From IMG/VR virus record IMGVR_UViG_3300042337_000070, positions 32,001-96,000 of that record: 64,000 bases of DNA; one strand, given 5' to 3'. This DNA comes from a virus. Below the pieces are notes generated by a model. The model was not told where the DNA came from. It ran no database searches and saw only the letters and a list, made by a program, of their open reading frames with translations. A program made the translations under genes and the position numbers. Shown here piece after piece: positions 55,705 through 64,000 of this stretch. The stretch's first letter is position 1. Each line of letters starts with the position of its first letter.

Positions 55705-56285
55705 TAGTTATATCCATATACTTTGATTGTGCCTGATGAAATGTTACCGCTACTCATGTAATACTGAAATCCTTGAACAACTCCTGTTGATCCGATGTAA
55801 GTGCTACCAAATGTGTCCCTTACATTGATGGCCGCCGCATATTGCTGCCCATTTTGTGTACCTGTCAATCTTTTATAGTTTGAACTATTGGCATTCCAAA
55901 TGGTAACAACACCATCAATATTACCTTGATTGTAAACATATCCTGTGTTTGACAATGGTATATAAGATAAGTTACCACCATAATAACGAGATGCGGCACC
56001 AGCAATAGTAAAACTATAAGTCTGCCAGTGAGAGTTGTAATATGTACCTGTTGCCCAGGCATCAGCAATTCTGAATTGCATTCTAGCAGATACAGAATTG
56101 GTAACAGGAATGATTGTCGTCATAACTATCTCATAGTTATTGTAACTTGAACTGAAACCTGTATATGATAATGCTGCTGAGTTTGATGCTGTCAGGGTTG
56201 CTAAAAGAACTCTTGTTCCTCTGGCTTTTGTTTGTGTCGTGTTATCAGGATATGTTATACCTGTGCTTATTAATGAGGTTGCCAT
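55704..56285 (-). CDS. Small fibre-tip/adhesin paralogue 2
   Basis: GITYPDNTTQTKA start; SGTIKVYGYN end. Confidence 0.7.
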   Translation of the reverse strand: MATSLISTGITYPDNTTQTKARGTRVLLATLTASNSAALSYTGFSSSYNNYEIVMTTIIPVTNSVSARMQFRIADAWATGTYYNSHWQTYSFTIAGAASRYYGGNLSYIPLSNTGYVYNQGNIDGVVTIWNANSSNYKRLTGTQNGQQYAAAINVRDTFGSTYIGSTGVVQGFQYYMSSGNISSGTIKVYGYN

Positions 56286-56855
56286 TTAGTTCCATCCGTA
56301 GATATCAAGTGAACCAGAAATAATACTGCCACCTGTAGGAACAAGTTGAAATCCGTCTAGTGCAGATTGATTAGTGAGCCAAGAATTTCCTAGTATTAGC
56401 GTTACGTTATATCCTGAGGTAAAATAAAACCCTGTGACATGAACAAAAGAATGCTTGTAAGTATTGGTTGTTCTACAATTAGTAAACTGAATAGTTCCGC
56501 TTATACCACTGTTTGTGGCATTGTATGTGTATGGATCAATGATGCCATATGAAGTCTGTCCACCAATGGTGGCACCATTGAGAACATTGTGCCAATACAA
56601 TCCTGCATTAACGTATCCTGAGGATTGATACACGCTTCCGATATAGTAACGAAGACATGTATAGTATCCGCTTGTTACCATGATGTTGTTCAACACCACA
56701 TCATAGTGATTATATGTGTCGCTAAAATCTGTAAAGTTAAGAGAAGCAGAATTTGACGCTGTTAAAGACGATATGTATTGTCTCTTGCCTCGGGCGGAAC
56801 TTTGCCAGCTGTTATCTGGAAAAATTAAACCCGAGTCATTTATTGTAGTTGCCAA
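56286..56855 (-). CDS. Small fibre-tip/adhesin paralogue 1 (TTG start)
   Basis: GLIFPDNSWQSSA start; SGSLDIYGWN end; SD AGGAG. Confidence 0.7.
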   Translation of the reverse strand: MATTINDSGLIFPDNSWQSSARGKRQYISSLTASNSASLNFTDFSDTYNHYDVVLNNIMVTSGYYTCLRYYIGSVYQSSGYVNAGLYWHNVLNGATIGGQTSYGIIDPYTYNATNSGISGTIQFTNCRTTNTYKHSFVHVTGFYFTSGYNVTLILGNSWLTNQSALDGFQLVPTGGSIISGSLDIYGWN

Positions 56856-56870
56856 ATTCTGCTCCTAAAC

Positions 56871-57047
56871 TTAATTGATTATTTTATCAGATAGAGGACC
56901 TTGAGGTGCTTGCTGAACCTGACGGTCTGCCTGCTGACGAACAACATTAAAAGTCTCTAAACTAATTTCTAGAGGTAGCTTAGCAAGACCTGCTAGAACT
57001 GTGTTTAGCTGATTCAAAGTCACTTCAATCTTAATAGTATTTTCCAT
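56871..57047 (-). CDS. Small fibre-associated protein (58 aa)
   Basis: Manual translation MENTIKIEVTLNQLNTVLAGLAKLPLEISLETFNVVRQQADRQVQQAPQGPLSDKIIN; SD AAGGAG. Confidence 0.7.
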   Translation of the reverse strand: MENTIKIEVTLNQLNTVLAGLAKLPLEISLETFNVVRQQADRQVQQAPQGPLSDKIIN

Positions 57048-57060
57048 GATTATTCACTCC

Positions 57061-57459
57061 TTAGGTATTAGCAGTGTTGGCTGCTACATTTGCTGTTTCG
57101 GTTACTGGTTCGGATACAGTTTCAACCGGTGCCCATGGTAGAGGGGCATCTATAATAGGATTCTTAGCATCATTGATCTGCTTTAGAATCTGTCCGTTAA
57201 CATGTTCTTCATACGAATCGACAACAATTGCCTTGATCCATGAAAGAACATCTGCCTCAGTTAGTTGTTCAAATGGAATAAAAGTTACCCCTGCTGGCAT
57301 TGATTCTGCCGAGAAAGGTGTGGCACCGTTGAATGTACCTACGTTCCCATTCTCGTCTTCACCAATTTTTCTCCAGTAAGTCTGAACAACTACGTTTGGT
57401 GTATTATTTAGGGTAGTGGTTCTGATACCAAATACTTCCCATGTGTATGTGATAGCCAT
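57061..57459 (-). CDS. Fibre-associated hypothetical protein
   Basis: ITYTW, FIPFEQLTEADVLSWI, PLPW. Confidence 0.75.
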   Translation of the reverse strand: MAITYTWEVFGIRTTTLNNTPNVVVQTYWRKIGEDENGNVGTFNGATPFSAESMPAGVTFIPFEQLTEADVLSWIKAIVVDSYEEHVNGQILKQINDAKNPIIDAPLPWAPVETVSEPVTETANVAANTANT

Positions 57460-57502
57460 AATATATCTCCTTTATATGACTTTCTATTTAGTGTATCCAT
57501 AG

Positions 57503-60500
57503 TTATGGATGAGAACTCTTGTATTGATCAAACTCATTCTTCAAACTATCTAGTTTAGCAGAAAGTTCTTGGACTGCTTTTGTTAATGCGGCTGTTAGTT
57601 TTGGATAATCAACCGATAGTGTATCGTCGGAATTAATGCCGATAACTTCTGGTATAACTTGCTGAACTTCCTGAGCGCCAAAACCAATTTCTCTCTGAGC
57701 ACCAAATCGCACATGATCTTTCCATTTATACGAAATAGGATTTAGTTGAAGTATTGCAGCCAAACCATAAGTTATTGGTTCAATATTAGTTTTTAAAGTC
57801 AAATCTGAAGCCGTGTTTACTAGCTGTCCGCCGGAATCTGAGTAAACAAGTCTATTACCTGTACCAGTCAAAGCAGTGCCAACAGTCATTAGTGCGGTAC
57901 CAGCAAAGTTTCTGAAATAGTGGCCGCCAGCATCATAGAAATGTCCGCCGCCGGCGTTAAAGTCTAGCGTTAAATTGCCGGCAATACCTTGTATGGCTGC
58001 GGATGTTAATCCAGCAGTGCCGTTAACAACAGCAATTTTTGCACCAGGAGCTCCAGCATTGACGCCAACTCTTCCATTTGTTGTCACACGCATAACTTCT
58101 GCGTTATTAGCAGAAAGCAATAAAGGAGCATCTCTGGTACTATTTACAGTTGTTGATGAAGTTGTCGTCTGTATTCTGAAATATTCTGTATTGTTCACTG
58201 CTATAGAATAAATGCCACCCGTTGATCCGTTTGTGGTAACCCATCCATATCCAGAAGAAGAGAATGGTGAAGATGTACCAATACCTAGATTATTAACAAT
58301 ATACAATGAACCATTGAGAGTGCTAAGATTTCCAGGTGTTGCTAGTTGAAGTCTATAGGTGTTAACACCATCTGACCAACCACCAATCTTGAATATGTTA
58401 TCTGTATCAAGACCCATGTTGATAGCATAGGCGCCTGCTCTATGAAATGTCATGACAGCAGGAGCAGTTGTAGAACCTCTTGCAGAATATGAACCAGAAT
58501 CATTTGAAACAGATACGTTAGCAACGGATGCAGTTCTACCAATTATAAGTCCAGTTGCAGTTAGTCCAGCAAATGTTGGTGCTGCTGTAGTAGCAACATC
58601 TTGACCAATAGCAATAGTCCATGATCTATTAGCAGTAAGATCAAGAGAACCAGAAGATGTTACAGTAACACCGGTACCTTGAACAATACCAATTGTTCTT
58701 CCTGTAGGCACAGCACCAATAGAGTTATGTGAAATAGTTACAGCAGCAGAACCATTGTAAGTTGTTCCTGATGCAGAACCTGATCCACCATTGTTGATAG
58801 TCAAAGCATTGGTCACTGATGATGCAGAACCAACGATGTTCATTGTCTGTCCGCTAATGAAAGATGCTACTTTTGCAGCACTAGCAGAGCGGTGATAGTT
58901 ATCACCAAACTTGGCTACGATGTTAGAAATCGTTCCCGCATTAACATCGTCTGTAGTATTGATATAATTTGAGAAAATGTAACCATTAGCATCTCTGGCA
59001 ACAATAGTAGATGCACCAGCAGCACTAGATGCATTTAGACCGTCAAGTAAGTCAGCATCTAGGCCTGATCCCGATCCATCACTTAGTTCTGTCCAAATCT
59101 TATATTCGGTTACATCAATATAAGTTCCTGTTGGTGCTGTAGCGCCATTGTTTGTGCCGCTGTGTGTCCAACTAGTACCATTGTGTGAAATCTCATAAAA
59201 CGATGTACCAGAATTTGTTCCAAAATTGGCATGAACAACATAACTTGTGGTGCTGGATTGAACAATTCTAATTGTTGTAGGTGCGTTAGTATTAGGACCA
59301 AACGTAAAGGCATAAGCATCGCCATAGAATCCACCAACATTACTAATTCCATTTGATGTTTTAAAGTATAGTTCTGTAATCTGATTCTGACTGTTAAGTG
59401 CGTTATAACCATTGAGAGCATTAATTTTGATCTTGAGAACGTCACCGTCTTGGGTACAAGCAAAGGTGCCTAGATTGACCCATCCTGTTGCTCCAGCTGT
59501 ATTAGGTATTGGATAGCGTTGAATATAAGAAGATGCGGATAATCCGTTAAGATACGTTGCGTTATTTGCTGATCCGGTAACACTAATACCCCATGTTCCA
59601 GATGCACCCGTACCAGTTAGAGTTGGTGCATAAGAGTTATAATTAGCTGTATGAAGTAATATAGAAGATGCGCCAGTGGCGCATGATGCAAGATCAAGAT
59701 ATCCTCCACGAGCGGTGCCGCCACCTTCGAAAATACGAATTATAGAACCGATTGTATCAATAGTAACATTACCAGAAAGAGTTGAGTTGTTTGCTTTTTC
59801 TAGAGAAAATTCTCCACCTTCGGTAGTATCATTTTGTCTACGAAAAGATAATCCGGCAGCAACGCTATGTAACACTGACATGGATTGCGGATTGAGATAA
59901 TAACCGGTATCATTACTATCATAATAATATGGAGAATACATATTGCCAGCCGCAGTTAAATTACCACCAAAAACAGCATCATTATTTGTTAGATTGATAT
60001 ATAATGGCCACTGACTATTTACTTGAGTCATCGTCTCAGTGTCGCCAGTACCTCTCAGAATATAAAAGAAGTTGGAGTTACAATGTAGCGCCGCTGTTGT
60101 TCCATCAGTATCACGTAAGAAAATTGATGGCGAGGCGCCTCTCAACACAAATACGTTATTGTCCCAACGAACATTAGCATCATCAGAATCATAAAAGATA
60201 GGAGCTCTAACAGAAGCATTAGAATAAATTATGCCTGCCGCAGAGATACCTTGTTGTGCAGCAACGAAACCAATTGAAGATGCGTTTATACTATGTGGAT
60301 TATATGTGAGAGGTGAATCTCCAGCAAACAAAGATCCGTCTGCTTGAACAGACATTTGTCCTGGTCCAGAAGCAAATGTGAATAGTTGTGATCCTGCACC
60401 GCCTGAATATAGCATACCTGTTACTGAGTTAGCACCAGATATATTACCACCCCACGCACTGGTTCCAAAATACCATAAACCACCTCCAGTATTGTTAACT

Positions 60501-61177
60501 GTCGATGGTTGAATATTACCCTGCATTGAAATAGTATTCAATACTGATGTGCTAAGTGGATCAATATAGTAAGCAGTATTGTTTGAGTCTTTAAAGATAG
60601 GAGCACGGACTTCGTGGCTTACAATCCAAATACCAGCATTATCTAATACAGCATAAAAATCTGTCTGATTAGCAGTTGTGCTATTAAAGTATCCATAGAA
60701 ACCCATAGTAGCGTCGGCCAAACGACCTAATGTAAATGTATTGTTGGCGTTTGTTGATCTAATGAATGCTTTATAGGTATTATACTGAGCCTGTGTATTG
60801 TATTCTTGAATAGGAACATCTTTAGCAGTTTTTTGAGAAATGAATGAACTACCTGATGTAGTAATGATACCACTACCAATAGACACATTTCCATAAAATG
60901 GAACAAGTGTAACTAACTGTGAAGTAACATTGACATCAATAAGAGGAATACCAGAAACATCATTGACTGAGAAGATTGAACCAGTCAAGTCGTTTGTAAT
61001 AGAGAACAACTGACCAGCCGAACCCTCAAACGACAATGTTCCATTTGCCTCGGGATATGCTCTGAGAGTAATATCGGTATTGACGCTAGTATTAGCGCCT
61101 GAGAATACAATCTTAGGATCGTCTGTTGATGATCCTCTATTAGGAGTGATTACAATGTCTTTATAAGAATTGGCCAT
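57503..61177 (-). CDS. Long tail fibre with C-terminal intramolecular chaperone (peptidase S74-like)
   Basis: LSFEGSAGQLFSI N-terminal module, SGLDADLLDG, ASDLTLKTNI, GFGAQEV, coiled-coil end. Confidence 0.88.
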   Translation of the reverse strand: MANSYKDIVITPNRGSSTDDPKIVFSGANTSVNTDITLRAYPEANGTLSFEGSAGQLFSITNDLTGSIFSVNDVSGIPLIDVNVTSQLVTLVPFYGNVSIGSGIITTSGSSFISQKTAKDVPIQEYNTQAQYNTYKAFIRSTNANNTFTLGRLADATMGFYGYFNSTTANQTDFYAVLDNAGIWIVSHEVRAPIFKDSNNTAYYIDPLSTSVLNTISMQGNIQPSTVNNTGGGLWYFGTSAWGGNISGANSVTGMLYSGGAGSQLFTFASGPGQMSVQADGSLFAGDSPLTYNPHSINASSIGFVAAQQGISAAGIIYSNASVRAPIFYDSDDANVRWDNNVFVLRGASPSIFLRDTDGTTAALHCNSNFFYILRGTGDTETMTQVNSQWPLYINLTNNDAVFGGNLTAAGNMYSPYYYDSNDTGYYLNPQSMSVLHSVAAGLSFRRQNDTTEGGEFSLEKANNSTLSGNVTIDTIGSIIRIFEGGGTARGGYLDLASCATGASSILLHTANYNSYAPTLTGTGASGTWGISVTGSANNATYLNGLSASSYIQRYPIPNTAGATGWVNLGTFACTQDGDVLKIKINALNGYNALNSQNQITELYFKTSNGISNVGGFYGDAYAFTFGPNTNAPTTIRIVQSSTTSYVVHANFGTNSGTSFYEISHNGTSWTHSGTNNGATAPTGTYIDVTEYKIWTELSDGSGSGLDADLLDGLNASSAAGASTIVARDANGYIFSNYINTTDDVNAGTISNIVAKFGDNYHRSASAAKVASFISGQTMNIVGSASSVTNALTINNGGSGSASGTTYNGSAAVTISHNSIGAVPTGRTIGIVQGTGVTVTSSGSLDLTANRSWTIAIGQDVATTAAPTFAGLTATGLIIGRTASVANVSVSNDSGSYSARGSTTAPAVMTFHRAGAYAINMGLDTDNIFKIGGWSDGVNTYRLQLATPGNLSTLNGSLYIVNNLGIGTSSPFSSSGYGWVTTNGSTGGIYSIAVNNTEYFRIQTTTSSTTVNSTRDAPLLLSANNAEVMRVTTNGRVGVNAGAPGAKIAVVNGTAGLTSAAIQGIAGNLTLDFNAGGGHFYDAGGHYFRNFAGTALMTVGTALTGTGNRLVYSDSGGQLVNTASDLTLKTNIEPITYGLAAILQLNPISYKWKDHVRFGAQREIGFGAQEVQQVIPEVIGINSDDTLSVDYPKLTAALTKAVQELSAKLDSLKNEFDQYKSSHP

Positions 61178-61198
61178 AGTTCTCTCTTTTTAATCTAT

Positions 61199-62905
61199 TT
61201 ATATACCGAATCTTCCACGCAATGAATAATAATTTTGCTTGATTTCAGATGGACTCAGAACTCTATTGTATATGCGTCCTAGAGCAATCTTACCGTTAAA
61301 GAACTCATCACCACCGGGATGATTGACGCCTAGAGTTAGATATGAACTTGCCACTGTAGGAAATACAGATATAGCAAATGTGCCACTATTGTTCAATGCA
61401 CCGTTGATATAAATTCTCCAAGCACCACTGGCAAAAGTTGCTACGATATGATACCAAGTATTGGTTGATAATGCTGTAGAGGTACCTTGATACCAAGTTC
61501 CTGGCCAGTTAGTTGAAAAGTAAAACTTAGAATCTGTTGCCGTCCATAGAGAATATTGCTCTCCTCCGTCAGCACCGTAAGTAAAGATAGCGCCTGCTCC
61601 AACAAACACATTGACATTTACCAATGCTTCAAGTGTTATATTGTTTGTAATGTTCAATGATGATGAGGTAACAGTCGCATTCGTAGTTGATCCGTCAAAC
61701 ACCATACTGTCTGTGTAGCGATCAAAATAAATACCGTTCCAAAGTGTGAGATCGTTAGAATTACCGCTTAAGTCTTTCAGTGTATTGGTTGAAGCCGGTA
61801 TTCTATTATTCATCCAACCAAGCATCGCAAACTCATCGTCAGCACTGTCATTGATACAAATGAAAAATGGAGCAGTTCCTTCCCACTTCCATAGTGTAGC
61901 ACCTGATGCCATATTTGTGGCACCACCACTGACAATCGTTGCTGTTACACCAGGTCCATTGGTTCCGTCTCTCTGAACCTGTCCTGGAGAAGTTTGTGTT
62001 CCTGTAAGTGTATGTGTATCCCATACTACCCAAGATGACCCATTCCAATAAGATGTGACAATGTAGCAATTATTAGGTGCTACAATAGCATAATCAGAAA
62101 GAACATTGCCCCACGAATAACGATCTGAAAGATACTCATAACCCAATCCTTGTGCAGCGTCGCCACCGCCACCGTCAGCAATATTCATTGCCATAACATT
62201 GTAAGTATTATCATAAGTTACATATGGACCGTAAACTGTCGGAGTGATATTATTTGTTGTATTGAAACTAGCCTGATATCGTTGATAGACATATCTTGTC
62301 ATAGGACTTAGAATAGTCTTATCTGCACCTGTCTGAGTTGCTGTTGCTATCACTGGAATATTCGAAGATATCCACATATTTTGTAGATTGTTTGATGTGA
62401 ATGTATTACTTGCACCCTGAGTAATAGTCAATGTTGATGTTGGTGTACCAGCAAGACCTGTTGCAACACCATCGTAAAAGTTTACTACAGCGGATCCAAA
62501 TGGTGAATATACATATAGAGTTGCTGGATTGTTACGAGCAGCATAATACCAAAACTGCTTGCCTGCCATAGTTAGAGGTGCTAGATTTTGATGCCCATCC
62601 TCTACAACAAGATTCATTGGGCCACCTCTACTATAATAGGTATTTCCTGCTGTTACTGAGAAAGATCCTCTAGTAGGTCCTGTTGATGTTGAAACAACAG
62701 TAGATATAACGCCTGCACTAGTTCTTTCATAGATGGTAACACCAGAACTCACGATAGAGTAAGTTGCTGTTCCTGATACGAAGCAATACCAGTCAGCATA
62801 ACCATGGTCACCTTGTCCTGGTAAAGTCAGACTATTGATGTTCTTAGCATCTATAGCAAGAACCAGTCCGCTATTGTTTATCTCAGGTCCTGCGTAAGCA
62901 CTCAT
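61199..62905 (-). CDS. LamG/ConA-like lectin-domain virion protein with a large insert
   Basis: GLVLAIDA, DLSGNSN, NTWYHIVAT, IYNRVLS..EI.QNY..LRGRFGI. Confidence 0.8.
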   Translation of the reverse strand: MSAYAGPEINNSGLVLAIDAKNINSLTLPGQGDHGYADWYCFVSGTATYSIVSSGVTIYERTSAGVISTVVSTSTGPTRGSFSVTAGNTYYSRGGPMNLVVEDGHQNLAPLTMAGKQFWYYAARNNPATLYVYSPFGSAVVNFYDGVATGLAGTPTSTLTITQGASNTFTSNNLQNMWISSNIPVIATATQTGADKTILSPMTRYVYQRYQASFNTTNNITPTVYGPYVTYDNTYNVMAMNIADGGGGDAAQGLGYEYLSDRYSWGNVLSDYAIVAPNNCYIVTSYWNGSSWVVWDTHTLTGTQTSPGQVQRDGTNGPGVTATIVSGGATNMASGATLWKWEGTAPFFICINDSADDEFAMLGWMNNRIPASTNTLKDLSGNSNDLTLWNGIYFDRYTDSMVFDGSTTNATVTSSSLNITNNITLEALVNVNVFVGAGAIFTYGADGGEQYSLWTATDSKFYFSTNWPGTWYQGTSTALSTNTWYHIVATFASGAWRIYINGALNNSGTFAISVFPTVASSYLTLGVNHPGGDEFFNGKIALGRIYNRVLSPSEIKQNYYSLRGRFGI

Positions 62906-63687
62906 AGTCCGAATCTTCCTCTAAGAGCATCGAAGTTCTGTGCAATCTCGGCCGCTGTCAATGCTCTATTATACATTTTCATATTACTGAAATCCATCTT
63001 AGACCACCAACAATAATCGGCAGTGCCACCAGTCCATTTAGCACCACCTATTGATATGTCATTAGAAGTATATGCACCTTCCGAAACTGGTGTGGGTGTA
63101 TATGTAGCAGTTCCTCTAGAAACACTATTGAAATACATCGTATATAGATTGTTTTTTCTAGTTACTACTACTTGATGCCAATTTCCTTGAACTAATGTGT
63201 TCGATCCGTTTGAAACTATAAACTCATAGAAAGTTGGTCCTGTAGCACTTAGAATACCAAAACGCATATCTGATGCTGTATAGTAGAAACCTTGGTGCCA
63301 TCCTCTAAAAACAGAAACTACACTTACACCTTCAGTAGCATCATAAGACGATGGATTCAAATCATTTGGTTTAAACCAAACTTCCCAAGTAAAATCGCTG
63401 TATAGAAAGATATGAGGCTTTGCAGCGGCAGTCGTCATTGTTGTTAGATACTGATCACCAGCCGTTTGTTTGACTGCCTGAGTTGCCGAACCTGCTAAAC
63501 GGCTGAATGTAATATATCCTGCACTATTATAGGTAGCATAACTTGTCGATGGATTAGTTCTACTGAATGTTGAAGTTGTTACAACTGAATTTGCTGAGTT
63601 GCCACTTGTATAGTTTACAGGATTACGGAAATCTATACTTAGCAATAGATTATTTGTAACAATATTAGGAGAATGATTTAGTGCCAT
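62902..63687 (-). CDS. LamG/ConA-like lectin-domain virion protein
   Basis: FTWEVWF, WHQVVVT, MYNRALTAAEIAQNFDALRGRFGL. Confidence 0.8.
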   Translation of the reverse strand: MALNHSPNIVTNNLLLSIDFRNPVNYTSGNSANSVVTTSTFSRTNPSTSYATYNSAGYITFSRLAGSATQAVKQTAGDQYLTTMTTAAAKPHIFLYSDFTWEVWFKPNDLNPSSYDATEGVSVVSVFRGWHQGFYYTASDMRFGILSATGPTFYEFIVSNGSNTLVQGNWHQVVVTRKNNLYTMYFNSVSRGTATYTPTPVSEGAYTSNDISIGGAKWTGGTADYCWWSKMDFSNMKMYNRALTAAEIAQNFDALRGRFGL

Positions 63688-64000
63688 TAGATACCGTATC
63701 TTCCTCTAATAGCAAAAAAGTTTTCTTTAATTTCTTCATCGGTCAATACACGATTATAAATGTGTAGAGGGCCCATTGTCATCAATCCGGCTATAGCACC
63801 ATTAAATATGTAGATAGCAGAGGATCCGGATGTTTTGGGATTTGCTAAAGTGGCGCTGGTATTGAAAGCACCATTAATATATGATCTACCAGCAGCGCCG
63901 TTTTTAGATACTCCGACATAATACCAAGTATCAATTAGAAAGTCGGTTGTATCGCTATTAAGACAAATACCCGAAAATCCCGTATTGCCTGGATCGTATC
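63687..64000 (-). CDS. Partial LamG-like protein (runs off window end)
   Basis: Manual translation ...DTWYYVGVS...IYNRVLTDEEIKENFFAIRGRYGI. Confidence 0.75.
   Translation of the reverse strand, partial: YDPGNTGFSGICLNSDTTDFLIDTWYYVGVSKNGAAGRSYINGAFNTSATLANPKTSGSSAIYIFNGAIAGLMTMGPLHIYNRVLTDEEIKENFFAIRGRYGI

Noticed and set aside
49947-64000. Diversity-generating retroelement acting on fibre tips
   Set aside because: No reverse transcriptase and no TR/VR pair differing only at adenines was seen; TGG runs cannot arise from AAY templates
1-64000. tRNA/rRNA genes, introns or inteins in core genes, stop-codon reassignment
   Set aside because: No cloverleaf or rRNA-like segments in the short intergenic gaps; core genes are uninterrupted and of expected length in the standard code

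Overview
This 64 kb window is part of a large T4-like myophage genome (Tevenvirinae-like gene set, closer to cyanophage/alphaproteobacterial T4-like phages than to coliphage T4). Almost everything is on the minus strand. Reading in transcription order (right to left): a tail-fibre/lectin cluster, neck and tail genes (gp13-15), terminase (gp16/17), sheath, tube and portal (gp18-20), head genes (internal proteins, gp21-23), a reverse-oriented GIY-YIG homing endonuclease, gp3, uvsY/uvsW, gp55, and gp47/gp46 split by an intact FtsH. These are followed by a PLP enzyme + beta-glucosyltransferase-like + methyltransferase operon, a CobT/CobS-like pair, dNMP kinase, gp45/gp44/gp62 split by a DUF262-HNH gene, regA, dUTPase, a PAAR + giant fibre + signal-peptide beta-helix module, Hsp20 and glycosyltransferases. 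The FtsH and Hsp20 sequences, a ROSE-type RNA thermometer and a RegR/PrrA-like box suggest an alphaproteobacterial (Rhizobiales-like) host (inference). The best candidates for novelty are: the coupled PLP/BGT-like/MTase DNA-modification operon; the phage FtsH; several structured non-coding elements (ROSE thermometer, interleaved inverted repeats before an HTH gene, an ORF-less promoter with GCGAAGC hairpins); and poly-Trp/Tyr loops in a fibre tip. No tRNA, rRNA, CRISPR array or reverse transcriptase was seen. All family assignments come from motif recognition by eye, not database searches.
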